From Torpedo marmorata (Eukaryota), in assembly GCA_977017645.1 (NCBI GenBank), contig OZ360227.1, forward strand, positions 98,704,001-98,768,000: a DNA stretch of 64,000 bases, given 5' to 3'. Positions 25,401-40,400 of this stretch are shown here, piece by piece. How positions within the stretch are numbered: the first letter of the stretch is position 1; each line of letters opens with the position of its first letter. The notes beneath the pieces are model-generated. The model saw only the letters and a program-made list of their open reading frames with translations, searched no databases and had not been told where the DNA came from. Position numbers and translations under genes: made by a program.

Positions 25401-28400
25401 ATATGTTCATATTGTATGTTCATGTTGTATGTTCATATCTGGTCATTGCTAGTTTTGGATATTAAATATTAAAATAATTTTTAAATTGTTTAACAAAATC
25501 ACTCCAAGCTAAGTTAATTCTGAAGATTGAATGGAATGGAATTGTTTATTGTCACATATACGAAGGTGCAGTGAAAAGCTTTGTTTTGTGTGCTATCCAA
25601 GCAAGACAACACATGCTTAAGTACAGCAGGTATTGCAATAATAAAAGTGCATGGTACAGTGTTGCAGTAAGTCAAAAAGTGTAATTGTCTTAAAATTTTA
25701 CTTTTTAAAAATATTTTGGATTATCATTGATACAAAACAATGGTTTCTAAATCTAATTGTAAAAAAAAAGAAATTTGAATTTTCTAAGCTAAATCTGTTC
25801 TTTTTCTGAACAGTTCCACCAAATATTGATCTAAGAGACCTTCCTGACCTAACATACATTGCCAAGGAGGGGAGTAATATCCGTGTAAAGATTCCAATCA
25901 GTGGTAAACCTACACCAATAGTAACGTGGAGAAAGGGTGAAGACCAGCTACAAGAAAGTGGAAGAGTATCTGTGGAATCCACAGCAATTAGTACAACCCT
26001 TGCAGTCCGAGAATGTCAAAAGAATGATGCTGGAAAATACACAATTAACTTGAAAAATTCTGCTGGCACTAAAGAAGCTTCAATATTCGTAAAAGTAGTT
26101 GGAAAACCTGGAATACCAACTGCTCCAATACGTTTCAATGAAGTGACAGCAGAAGCAATTACTTTAATCTGGGCCCCCCCGAAGGATGATGGTGGTGCAG
26201 AAATTACTAATTATATTTTGGAAAAGCGGGATAATGTCACAAATAAATGGGTGACATGTGCCTCTGCTGTACAAAAAACAACATTCAGAATTACAAGGCT
26301 TCATGAAGGAACAGAATATGTGTTTAGAGTCAGTGCTGAAAATAAATATGGAGTGGGCGAAGGGTTAAAATCTGACCCTGTCATAGCCAGGCATCCATTT
26401 GGTAAGCGTCAATCAATTTTACAACTACATTTTGATTACAGCGCAATATTTATTTTAAAACTGATTAGTATTTCTCTTTCTCCTTCCTCAAGATGTGCCT
26501 GATGCTCCTTTGCCACCAGAAATAGTTGACGTCAGGCATGACTCTGTCTCCCTCACATGGTTGGATCCAAAGAGGAATGGTGGATCCCCTATCACAGGTA
26601 CAAGGAGTAAATATTTTCCTTTAAACCAATAGTTAAACACATATAATTTTATAACATTTATATTTTTATTGCAACAGGTTATCACGTGGAATATAAGGAA
26701 AGAAACAGTCTCCTTTGGAAGAGAGCAAGTAAAACACCACTAAGAATGAAGGATCTTAGAGTCCCAGGCCTGACTGAAGGTCTTGAATATGAATTTAGAA
26801 TTATGGCAATTAACTTAGCTGGTATTGGCAAACCAAGTGGACCATCACATCCTGTAACTACTCTTGATCCAATTGGTAAGTGAAAGCAAATGCACAGTTG
26901 TTCGTATATTATTCCATATTATACATGACATAAATCATCTTCTGACATAAAATTCTTATTTTCAGATCCTCCTGGAAAACCTGAAGTCATTAATGTTACC
27001 CGCCACTCTGTGACATTAATCTGGACTGAGCCAAAATACGATGGGGGTCACAAACTAATTGGCTACATTGTTGAGAAACGTGACCTGCCTTCAAAGTCCT
27101 GGATGAAAGCAAACCATGTTAATGTTCAAGAATGTGCTTTTACTGTAAATGACCTTACTGAGGGCTGCAAGTATGAATTCCGTATAAAGGCAAAGAATGC
27201 AGCCGGAGCAATTAGTCCTCCGTCTGAAACAACAGGAACTATTATCTGCCAGGATGAATTTGGTATGTAATTTTCTCATCTCACCCTCCCATGATCATAC
27301 GATTAAAAATGAAAAAAAAAAATTAATGTATATATTTTTTATTTTACCCCATAGTGGCACCAACCATTGTGATCGATCCAACAGTTAAAGAAGGCTTAAC
27401 AGTTAAAGCTGGTGATACTATTACGATTACTGCTACAAGTATTCTTGGCAAGCCTCTACCAACATCAGTGTGGTCTAAGGGTGGGAAAGACTTCAAGGTT
27501 TCTGACATTGTCCACATTGAAAAAACTCCAACAAGCTCAACACTTTCTGTTAAGTATGCTACTCGAAAAGATTCTGGTGAATATACTATTACTGCAAGCA
27601 ATCCATTCGGAACCAAAGAAGAAAATGTACATGTGAAAGTGTTAGATGTTCCAGGACCTCCAGGACCTATTGAAATAAGTAATGTTTCATCTGAGAAAGT
27701 TACCCTAAATTGGTTACCACCAGCTGCAGATGGAGGTTCTCCAGTCAAATCATATACAATTGAAAAGAGAGAAACCAGTCGTCTTCTCTGGACTTTGGTT
27801 GCTGAAGATGTTCCAAGCTGTAGATATGTAGCAAGCAAACTTATACAGGGAAACGAATATATCTTCCGCATCTCTGCTGTAAATCAATATGGGATTGGTG
27901 AGCCAGCGCAGGCAGAACCTGTTAAGATGGTGGATCGTTTTGGTAATCCATTCGTTTTAAAATATGAAGCTTTACACTACTTTTATATATCTTTCTTGAT
28001 AGCAATGTAAACTGCTTTTGTGGTATTCCTCTTTCAGGTCCTCCTGGTCCCCCTGCAAGGCCTGAGGTGACTAATGTTACTAAGAATACAGTTACTGTTG
28101 GCTGGAAGAGACCAGCTAATGATGGTGGTAGTGAAATCACAGGGTACATTGTGGAGCGTAAAGAGAAAAGAGGTCTCCGGTGGATTAGAGTAACAAAGAA
28201 ACCAATTTCAGATCTGCGACATAAAGTAACTGGACTCAATGAAGGAACTGAATATGAATTCCGTGTCAGTGCAGAGAATAAAGCAGGCATTGGTCCACCA
28301 AGTGATCCATCACAATCAGTATTGACAAAAGATGTAGCATGTAAGGATTAAATTTACATCACTATTTTTAAATAGATTTTGGAGAATTGTCCTGTGAATC

Positions 28401-31400
28401 TACACATAATTCAATTTAATTAAATCATTTTCTCTTACAGATGTGCCTGGACCTCCTTCAAACCCAAGAGTGGTTGACACAACAAAGACTACTGCAAGTT
28501 TGACTTGGGGAAGACCCCATTATGATGGTGGCCTTGATATTATTGGCTATATAGTTGAACACAAGAAAGAGGGAGATGAAAACTGGGTGAAAGACACAAC
28601 AGGCACTGCACTCCGAATAACTGAATTTGTTGTTGCTAATCTTCAGTCAGGAGAAAAATACAACTTTAGAGTTAGTGCACTCAATGCAGAGGGTGTTGGT
28701 GAGCCTGCACACGTTGAAGATGTTACTGAAATTAAGGAACGTGAAGAAGGACCTGATTTTGAGTTAGATGCTGAGTTAAGAAGAACTCTTGTTATCAGAG
28801 CTGGAGCAACTATTCGCATTTTTGTACCAATCAAGGGGCGACCAACTCCTGAAGTCACATGGCTTAAAGGAGACATCCCTGTTAAAGGCCACGCCACTGT
28901 AGAAACTACAGATTCCTACACATTCTTACTTGTCCCAGAATGCACCAGATATGATGCTGGAAAGTATACAATGTGTCTTGAAAATGTTGCTGGTAAAAAG
29001 AGTGGTTTTGTGAATGTGAAAGTCCTAGATTCACCAGGACCACCTTTGAATCTCAGAGCGAGAGAAATAACAAAAGATAGCATTACAATGCAATGGGATA
29101 TGCCAATGATCGATGGCGGTTCAAGAATAACCAACTACATTGTAGAAAAACGTGAATCAACTCGTAAAGCATATTCTACCTTTGCAACTAATTGTCAGAA
29201 ATGTTCACTCAAAATTATAAATTTGTCAGAAGGATGTCAGTACTACTTCAGAGTAATGGCAGAGAATGAATATGGCATAGGTGAACCAGCTGAGACTGTT
29301 GATCCTTTAAGAGCATCTGAAGCCCCATCAGCTCCAGAGTGTTTGCATATTATGAATATAACAAAGAATACTGTTAGTCTAGCTTGGCCAAAACCAGAAC
29401 ATGATGGTGGTAGCAAGGTTACAGGATATGTACTTGAAGCACAGAAAAAAGATTCTGAAAAATGGTTGTCTCTGGCAACTGTAAAGACATTAGATTATGT
29501 TGCAAAGAATCTTAATGAAAATGATGAATATACATTCCGTGTCATGGCGGTTAATGCTGCTGGAAGGAGTGATCCACGAGAAAGCAGACCAGTTCTTGTT
29601 AAAGAACAAACAATGATTCCAGCATTTGATCTGCATGGCATTTATCAGAAGCTTGTTATCGCAATGGCAGGAGATAATATAAAAGTGGATATTCCAGTCC
29701 TTGGTCGACCAAATCCAAAAGTCACATGGAAAAAGGATGGCCAGCCTTTGAAACAAACACAGAGGATGAATATTGAAAATACAGCAAATACAACCATTCT
29801 CAACATTAATGAATGTGTGAGAAGTGATGGTGGCAAATTTACATTGACAGCTGTAAATATACTTGGTGAAGTAAGTGACATCATCACTGTTCAGATTCAT
29901 GACATACCTGGACCACCCAAAGGACCAATTAAATTTGAGGAAATTTCATCTGATTATATTTTGCTCTCGTGGGAGCCTCCTGAAAATGATGGTGGTGTGC
30001 CAATAAACAATTACATAGTTGAAATGCGTGAGACCAACAGTACATCATGGATAGAGCTAGCAGCTACTGTGATACGTACAACATTTAAAGCTCCTCACCT
30101 TACTACTGGAACTGAATACCAGTTCCGAGTTAAAGCTCAAAATAGATATGGCACTGGTCCTGCAATTGCCTCAGAGGCGGCTGTTGCAACATATCCTTTT
30201 AAAGTGCCAGGTCCGCCTGGAACTCCACAAGTTATTGTTGTTAATAAGGATTCAATGACAATCACCTGGAATGATCCAGTTACTGATGGTGGAAGTCCAA
30301 TTTTAGGATACCACATTGAAAGAAAGGAAAGAAATAGTATTCTTTGGCAAACTGTCAGCAAGACTTTGGTTACAGGCACCACATTTAAATCATCTGGGCT
30401 TACTGATGGCATTGCATATGAATTCCGTGTTGTAGCAGAAAACCTGGCTGGCAGAGGTAAACCAAGTAAAGCATCAGAACCAGTTTATGCACTGGACCCC
30501 ATTGATCCACCTGGTAAGCCAGTTCCAGTGACTGTTACAAGGCATTCAATTACACTCACATGGACAAAACCAGAATATGATGGAGGCTTCAAGATAACTG
30601 GTTATACAGTAGAGAAGAGGGATTTGCCTAATGGTCGCTGGCTTAAGGCAAACTTCAGCAATGTGTTAGAGACTCTGTTTACAGTCAGCGGTCTTAATGA
30701 AGGAGATACATATGAATTCCGAATTGTAGCTCGAAATGCTGCTGGTGCGGTAAGCAAACCATCTGAGCCTACTGATGCAATAATATGCAGAGATGACATT
30801 GAAGAACCCAGAATATTGGTTGATGCTAAATTCAAGAGTGTACTATTAATGAAAGCTGGTGAACTATTTAAACTTGAGGCAGATGTTAGAGGACAGCCAC
30901 CACCAACAATGATTTGGTCAAAGGATGGAAATGATCTTGAAGAAACAGGAAAAGTAGAAGTAAAGATGGCAGATTTCTCTACTGTACTAATTCACAAAGA
31001 CAGTGTGAGAAGAGATGGCGGTGCCTATATGCTCACTGCATCCAATCCTGGAGGATCAGCAAAACATGTGTTTAATGTCAAAATTCTGGATCGACCAGGA
31101 CCACCAGGGGGGCCTATTGTAACATCAGATGTTACAGCAGAAAAGTGTGTGATATCATGGTTGCCACCACCAGATGATGGGGGAGCAAAGATTGAACATT
31201 ACATCATTGAAAAGCGTGAGACCAGTAGACTTGCTTGGACAAATGTGGCTACAGATGTCCAAGTGACAAAATTAAAGATAACCAAACTTCTGCAAGGAAA
31301 CGAATACATTTTACGTGTTATGGCAGTAAATAAATATGGAGTTGGTGAACCATTGGAATCTGATCCTGTTGTCGCTGTTAATCCGTTTGTACCACCTACC

Positions 31401-34400
31401 CCACCAAAGAACCCAGAAGTTACAGCAATTACAAAGGATTCAATGGTGGTTTGCTGGGGACATCCTGATTCTGATGGTGGAAGTGAAATTACTAACTATA
31501 TTATTGAAAGGCGTGATAAAACCGGACTGCGATGGATCAAATGTAACAAAAGGATAGTCACTGATTTACGATACAAAGTTGGTAAGCTCACAGAAGGGCA
31601 TGAATATGAATACAGAATCCTGGCTGAAAATGCTGCTGGTGTAAGTCAGCCCAGTTCTTCAAGCTCATACTATAAAGCATGTGACACTGTGTTCAAACCT
31701 GGACCACCAGGTAACCCTAGAGTGCTGGATACCAGCAGATCTTCAATCACTATTGCATGGAACAAACCTATTTATGATGGTGGCTCAGAAATCACAGGAT
31801 ACATGCTAGAGACTTGTCTTCCTGAAGAAGATGAATGGAAAGTTGTAACCCCACAGAGTGGGCTCAAGGCTACATCATTCACAATCACAGATTTAAAAGA
31901 AAACCAAGAGTATAAAGTTCGCATATATGCAATCAACTCTGAAGGTGTTGGAGAACCTGCAGAAATTCCTGGAACTGCTAAAGCTGAAGATAGGTTATTG
32001 CCTCCTGAGATTGAGCTTGATGCAGATTTGCGTAAAGTGGTGTCTATAAGAGCTTGCTGCACGTTGAGATTATTTGTTACAATTAGAGGAAAACCAGTAC
32101 CTGAGATTAAATGGGCAAGGGAAGATGGAGAACCCCTAGATAGAGCTTCAATTGAGAATACAAGTTCTTACAGTCTCCTGATCATTCCAAATGTAAATAG
32201 GTTTGATAGCGGCAAATATATCCTAACAGTAGAGAACAGTGGTGGCAGCAAATCAGCTTTTGTCATTGTTAGAGTTCTGGATACCCCAGGACCAGCACAG
32301 AATCTTAAAATTAAGGAAGTTTCCAAAGACTCTGTAACAATTACATGGGAGCCTCCACTTATTGATGGTGGGTCCAAGATTAAAAACTACATTGTGGAGA
32401 AAAGAGAATCAACAAGAAAAGCATATTCTACAGTGATTGCCAACTGTCATAAGACAAGTTGGAAGGTAGATTACTTACATGAAGGTTGTAACTATTACTT
32501 CCGTGTTCTTGCTGAAAATGAATATGGGATAGGTCTTCCTGTTGAGACATCTGAATCAGTCAAAGTATCAGAGAGACCACTTCCACCAGGCAAAGTAACA
32601 CTTGTGGATGTAACAAGAAACTGTGCAATTTTGTCATGGGAGAAACCAGAACATGATGGCGGCAGCAGAATTTTAGGATACATAGTTGAAATGCAAAGTA
32701 AAGGCAGTGAAAAATGGACAACATGTACTACTGTGAAAGCAACTGAAGCCACCATAACAGGATTGACACAGGGTGAAGAGTATATGTTCCGAGTATCGGC
32801 ACAAAATGAGAAAGGTATCAGTGATCCTCGGCAACTGGGAATTCCAGTAGTTGCAAAGGATCTTGTAATTGCCCCTGCTTTTAAGTTGGTATTTACTACC
32901 TTCAGTGTCCTTGCAGGAGAAGACTTAAGTGTTGATGTACCATTTATTGGACAGCCTCAACCAACAGTATCTTGGCTGAAAGATAATCAAACATTAAAAC
33001 AAACAACACGGATTAATGCTGAAAGCAAGGACAATAAAACAGTTCTCATCATTAAAGAAGCCAGTCGTGAAGATGTTGGTCAGTACAAGGTGAAACTTGC
33101 AAATTGTGCTGGTGAAGCATCTGAAGATCTTAGCATTATTGTTTTAGACAAGCCTGGATCTCCAACAGGACCAGTCATAATTGATGATGTTACTGCAGAT
33201 TGCATCTCAATATCATGGAAACCACCAGAATATGATGGTGGCTGTCAAATCAGTAATTACATTGTTGAAAAAAGAGACACTTCAACCACTGTTTGGCAGA
33301 TGATTTCTGCCACTGTTGCCCGTACAACACTCAAAGCTGCACATTTAAAGACTGGTACTGAATATCAATTCAGAATTGCAGCTGAAAATAGATATGGAAA
33401 GAGCAGTTATCTTGTTTCTGAATCTGTTGTGGCACAATATCCTTACAAGGCCCCTGGCCCACCTGGCACCCCATTCTTAACAAATGTCACAAAGGACAGT
33501 ATGGTAGTGCAATGGAACGAACCTGTCAATGATGGTGGCAGCAAGATTCTAGGTTACCATCTTGAACGCAAAGAAAGAAACAGCATTTTATGGATGAAAC
33601 TGAATAAAACAATTATTTCTGACACTAAATACAAATCCACTAATCTTGAAGAAGGCATTGAATATGAATATAGAGTGTATGCTGAGAACATTGTTGGCAT
33701 TGGAAAACCTAGTAAAGTATCTGAATGTGTCGCAGCTAGAGACCCTTGTGATCCTCCAGGTCGTCCTGAAGCTATAATTGTCACTAGAAATTCAGTGACA
33801 CTGCAGTGGGCCAAGCCTGAATATGATGGTGGCAGTAAAATCGTTGGTTACATTGTTGAAAAGAAAGAACTTCCTGATGGCCGCTGGATGAAGGCAAGCT
33901 TCACTAATGTCATTGATACCCAGTTTGCTGTAACTGGCTTAGTAGAGGACCAAAGGTATGAGTTCAGAGTAATTGCAAGAAATGCAGCTAGTGTGTTCAG
34001 TGAACCTTCTGAATCCACTGGTCCAATCACTGTCAGAGATGAAGTAGACCCACCACGAATTAGCATGGATCCACAATATAAAGATGTTCTTGTGGTGCAT
34101 GCAGATGAATCATTCAAAATTGAAGCTGATGTTTATGGCAAACCAATACCTACAATCCACTGGATGAAAGGAGACCAAGAACTCGCAAATACAGCTAGGC
34201 TTGAAATTAGAAGTACCGACTTCAATACAATTTTGTCTGTGAAGGAAACTGTTCGTGTAGACAGTGGCCCCTATACCCTTTTGGTAAAGAATGTAGCTGG
34301 TCAAAAGTCTGTAACTGTTAATGTGAAGGTGCTAGACAAGCCAGGACCACCAGAACGGCCAATCACTGTAAGTGGTATAACTGCCGAGAAATGCACATTA

Positions 34401-37400
34401 AACTGGAAGCCACCAATACAGGATGGTGGCAGTGAAGTTTCACATTATATTGTCGAAAAGAGGGAAACAAGTCGTTTAGTCTGGACAGTAGTTGACTCTA
34501 ATGTACAAACTTTAAGTTGCAAAGTTACCAAACTTCTAGAAGGAAATGAATATATCTTCCGTGTTATGGGTGTAAACAAATATGGTGTAGGTGAGGCCCT
34601 TGAATCTGACCCTGTAATAGCAAAGAATCCATTTGTCTGCCCTGATTCACCAAAGACACCCGAGGTTACTGCTATTACAAAGGATTCAATGATAGTCACA
34701 TGGGGAAGACCAGCATCCGATGGTGGTAGTGAAATTCAAGGTTACATCCTAGAAAAATGTGACAAAGAAGGCATACGATGGACGAGATGTAACAAGCGGC
34801 TGATTAGCGAAGTACGTTTCAGGGTTACCGGACTTATTGAAAATCATAATTATGAATTTAGGGTATTTGCTGAGAATGCTGCTGGTGTCAGTGAACCAAG
34901 CCCATGCTCCATTTTCTATAAGGCATCTGATCCCATCTACAAACCTGGACCACCAAGCAATCCTAAAGTAATTGATTTTACAAGATCTTCCGTCTTCCTT
35001 TCATGGGGAAAACCTATTTATGATGGTGGATGTGAAATCCAAGGATACCTTGTAGAGATGTGTGATGTTAGTACTGATGAATGGACAATGTGCACAGCAG
35101 CAAGTGGAATAATGCAGACCAGATTTGAAGTGGTTAAATTGCTGGAAAAACACGAATACAAGTTCCGTGTCTGTGCTATCAATAAAGCTGGAGTTGGTGA
35201 ACATGCTGACTTTCCTGGCACTGTCCTTTTGGAAGATAAATTGGAAGCTCCAGATCTTGACCTTGATGCAGATTTAAGAAAAATGATTAATGTCAGAGCA
35301 AGTTGTTCTTTGAGATTATTCGTTCCTATTAGAGGCCGACCTGCTCCAGAAGTGAAATGGACCAAAGCAGATGGTGAAATAAGAGACACGGCACAGATTG
35401 AAGTTTCTGATAGTTATACATTACTTGTAATTGATAATGTTAACAGATATGACTCTGGCAAATATATATTGAATTTGGAAAATAGCAGTGGAACAAAATC
35501 TGCCTTTGTTAATGTGAGAGTTCTTGATACACCAAGCCCACCAATTAATCTTAAAGTCAAAGAGATAACAAAAGATAGTGCCACTTTATCCTGGGAACAT
35601 CCTCTATTGGACGGAGGTGCCAAAATTAAAAATTTCATTGTAGAAAAGCGAGAATCTACAAGGAAGGCATACTCAGCTGTTATCATCAACTGTCACAAGA
35701 CATATTTTATGATAGAACAACTTCAGGAAGGTTGCAATTATTATTTTAGAGTAACTGCTGAAAATGAGCATGGAATTGGATTACCTGCGGAAACTGCTGA
35801 CCCAGTTAAAATATCTGAAGTGCCGCAGCCTCCAGGAAAAATAACAGTGGTTGATGTGACCAGAAAATTTGTGTCCCTTACATGGGAGAAGCCAGAACAT
35901 GATGGCGGTAGCAGAATTATTCAATACATTGTAGAAATGCAAACAAAAGGCAGCGAAAAATGGTCAGCATGCGCTCATGTAAAGACACTTGAGGCAACAA
36001 TCAGTAACCTGGCCCAAGGAGAGGAATATTTGTTTAGAGTCATAGCAGTGAATGAAAAAGGCAAGAGTGACCCAAGAGCTCTTGCAGTGCCAGTGGTTGC
36101 TAAAGATCTTATGATTGAACCAGATGTTAGACCATCATTTAGTAATTATAGTGTCCAGGTAGGTGAAGACTTAAAAGTTGAAATCCCTATATCTGGACGT
36201 CCTAAACCAAAAGTTACTTGGCTAAAGGATGGCCAGCCACTCAAACAGACAACTAGAGTCAATGTCATTGGCTCTGACAATAGTACAATACTGAACATAA
36301 AGGAATCAATTAAAGATGATCATGGATTATATAATATCACTGTTGCTAATGTTGTTGGCCAAAAAGCAGCAACCATTGAAATAATAGCACTTGATAAACC
36401 TGGCCCACCAATTGGTCCTGTAAGATTTGATGCAGTTAGTGCTGAAAGCATCACAATTTCATGGGATCCTCCAAGCTTTACTGGTGGCTGTCAGATAACT
36501 AACTATGTAGTTGAGAAGAGAGATACAACTACCACAAGTTGGGATACTGTTTCAGCTACAGTTGCAAGAACAAGTTTGAAGATAAGCAAGCTTAAAACTG
36601 GAGCCGAATATCAGTTTAGAATATTTGCTGAAAATAGGTATGGTAGAAGTTTTGCTTTGGATTCTCAGGCAATTTTAGCACAGTATCCATTTAAAGAGCC
36701 TGGTCCACCAGGTACACCATTTGTGGCAACTGCTAGTAAAGACAGCATGACAGTCCAATGGCATGAACCAATTAATGATGGAGGGAGCAGAATCCTGGGA
36801 TATCACTTGGAACGTAAAGAAAGAAACAGTATTCTCTGGACAGTAATCAATAGAACTATAATTCAAGATACAAAATTCAAGACTACAGGACTTGAGGAAG
36901 GCATTGAGTATGAATTCAGAGTATATGCTGAGAACATTGTTGGAATTGGAAAACCCAGCAAAGTTTCAGAATGCTTCGTTGCTCGTGATCCATGTGATCC
37001 TCCAGGTTGTCCAGAAGCCATTATTGTAACAAGAAATTCAATAACACTTCAGTGGACAAAACCAGAATATGATGGTGGCAGCATTATTACTGGATATATA
37101 GTTGAGAAACGTGACTTACCTGAGGGTCGCTGGATGAAGGCAAGCTTTACAAATATCATTGAAACCCAATTCACTGTAACTGGTCTCACTGAAGATGACA
37201 GGTATGATTTTAGGGTTATTGCCAAGAATGCTGCAGGTACATTTAGCAAACCATCTGACAATACTGGGCCAATTACTGCAAAAGATGAAGTTGAGCTACC
37301 TAGAATATCCATGGATCCAAAATACAGAGATACAATAGTGGTTAATGCAGGCGACACATTTAAATTAGATGCTGATGTTCATGGCAAACCATTGCCCATT

Positions 37401-40400
37401 ATACAGTGGATTAAAGGTGAAAAAGAAGTCGAAGAGTCAGCAAGACTTGAGGTTAAAAATACTGATTTTACATCTTTACTTCTTGTTAAGGATGCAATCA
37501 GAGTGGATGGTGGGCAGTACATTCTTCAAGCTTCAAATGTGGCTGGTACAAAATCTGTTTCAATTGATGTAAAAGTCTTGGACAGGCCCGGGCCTCCAGC
37601 AGGTCCAATCCGAGTAACTGGCGTCACTACCGAAAAGTGTTCATTATCCTGGGGTGCACCTGAACATGATGGTGGAAGTGAAATTTCACATTATATTATT
37701 GAGAAAAGGGAAACTAGTCGCCTGGCTTGGACTGTTGTGATTTCAGATGTCAAAGCTACAATGCATAAAGTTACCAAGCTTTTGGAAGGAAATGAATATA
37801 TCTTCCGAATAATGGCAGTCAACAAGTTTGGTGTTGGTGAACCCTTGGAGTCTGCACCCACTTTGATGAAGAATCCATTTGTACCTCCTGGTCCACCAAA
37901 ATCTTTGGAAGTAACTAATATTGCAAGAGACTCAATGACTATCTGCTGGAATAGACCAGATGACAATGGTGGTAGTGAAATTATTGGTTATGTCCTAGAG
38001 AAGAGGGACAGAACTGGAATCAGGTGGACAAAGTGCAATAAGCATAGCATAACAGATTTGCGTTTCAGAGTCACAGGGCTCACAGAAGACCATGAATATG
38101 AATTTAGAGTATCTGCTGAAAATGCTGCTGCAATTGGTGAACCAAGTCAGCCAACAAATTTCTATAAAGCATGTGATCCAATTTACAAGCCTGGGCCACC
38201 AGCAAATCCACGTGTTGCGGACACAACAAAAGATTCTATCATGCTCATTTGGGGCAAGCCAATTTATGATGGTGGCAGTGCCATTCAAGGATATATAGTG
38301 GAAATCCGTAAAGCAGATGAAGAAGACTGGACAATGTGCACACCACAGTCTGGACTCCAAGTGACTCGCTTTGAAATTGGAAAACTTATTGAACATCAAG
38401 AATACAACATTCAAGTATGTGCCATCAACAAGGTTGGGGTTGGTGAGCCAGCCACAGTGCCAGGTATAGTTAAACCTGAAGATAAACTTGAACCACCGGA
38501 AATTGAACTTACAGCAGAATTGAGAAAGGGAATCACAACAAGAGCTGGCAATGCTATCAGAATCTTCATACCATTTAAAGGGAGGCCAGTGCCTGAGATC
38601 AGTTGGTCAAAGGATGAGGGTGAACTGCATGAAAAGTCTCAAATAGAAAAGGGCCTAAATTATGCTCAATTAACAATAGACAACTGTGATAGAAATGATG
38701 CTGGGAAATATATCCTGACTTTGGTGAACAGCAGTGGTACTAAGTCTGCATTTGTTACAGTAAAAGTTCTTGACACACCTGGAGATCCACAAAATTTAAC
38801 CGTAAAGGAGATAAGGAAAGAATCAGTTACGTTGCAGTGGGAACCACCCATTATTGATGGAGGTGCAAAAGTTAAAAACTACATTATTGATAAGCGAGAA
38901 GCAACCAGAAAAGCTTATGCTAATGTAACCAATAAATGTAATAAATGCAGTCTCAAAATTGAGAATTTAACTGAAGGGGCTACTTATTATTTCCGAGTGA
39001 TGGCAGAAAACGAGTTTGGTGTTGGTGTACCTGTTGAGACTGTGGATTCTGTAAAAGCTTCTGAACCACCTTTACCACCGGGAAAGATCACCCTTGTTGA
39101 TGTCACTCAGAAGAGTGTGTCACTCATCTGGGAGAAGCCAGACCATGATGGAGGTAGCAGAATCATGGGATACTTGGTGGAAATGCAGCCAAGAGGGTCT
39201 GACCATTGGGGTGTTGTTACTCAGTCCAAGACTAGTGATGCAGTAATTTCTGGTCTCAGTTCAGGGCAGGAATATCTCTTCCGTGTCATTGCTTTCAATG
39301 AAAAAGGAAAAAGTGATCCTAGACTCTTGGCTGTGCCAGTGGTAGCCAAAGATCAAAGTATAGCACCTGATTTCAGACTCCTATTCAACACATATAGTGT
39401 TCAAGCTGGGGAGACTCTAAAGGTTGAAGTTCCATTTATTGGCCGTCCTAAACCAAAGATTATATGGATGAAAGACGGGCAGCCACTAAAACAAACAACA
39501 AGAATTAATGTGGAAGATGCACCAACAGCTACAAACCTTCTTATAAAAGAAAGTCACAGAGATGATTATGGGAAATATTCAGTAAGTGCTGCAAATGCTG
39601 CCGGAACAGTAACAGAAGAGATTGGCATTATTGTGCTTGATAAACCAGGCCCACCTGTTGGACCTGTGAGATTTGATGAAGTTAGTGCTACTTTTATTGT
39701 AATATCATGGGATCCACCAGAGTATACTGGAGGGTGCCAAATTAACAATTACATTGTTGAGAAGCGGGACACAACTACTGTTACATGGGACCTGGTGTCT
39801 GCAACTGTGGCACGGACAACAATTAAAGTCACTAAACTTTCCACAGGATCCGAATATCAGTTCAGAGTGTATGCTGAAAATAGATATGGAAGGAGTTCAT
39901 CTTTAGATTCTGCAGCAGTCATTGCACAGTACCCATACAAACAACCTGGACCACCAGGAACTCCATTTGTGACATCTGCCACAAAGGACACTATGTTCGT
40001 GCAATGGAATGAACCAGTAATTGATGGTGGAAGTAAAATTTTAGGATACCATCTTGAACGAAAAGAAAGAAACAGTATTCTCTGGACAAAATTAAACAAA
40101 ACAATTATTCAGGATACACATTACAAGTGTAATAATCTAGAAGAAGGTATTGAATACGAGTTCAGAGTGTCTGCAGAGAATATTGTTGGCATTGGTAAAG
40201 TTAGCAAGGTGTCGGAATGTTATATAGCACGTGATCCTTGTGATCCACCTGGCTGTCCTGAGGCAGTTGTCATCACAAGAAATTATGTTACTTTACAATG
40301 GAAAAAGCCTCCATATGACGGTGGCAGCAAAATTACCGGGTATGTTATCGAAAAGAAAGAACTTCCTGATGGTCGCTGGACAAAAGCTAGTTTTACCAAC

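Noticed and set aside
28362-28371. MEF2-consensus CTATTTTTAA before the giant exon (also TTATTTTTAA near 20133)
   Set aside because: Expected by chance in very AT-rich introns; no independent support
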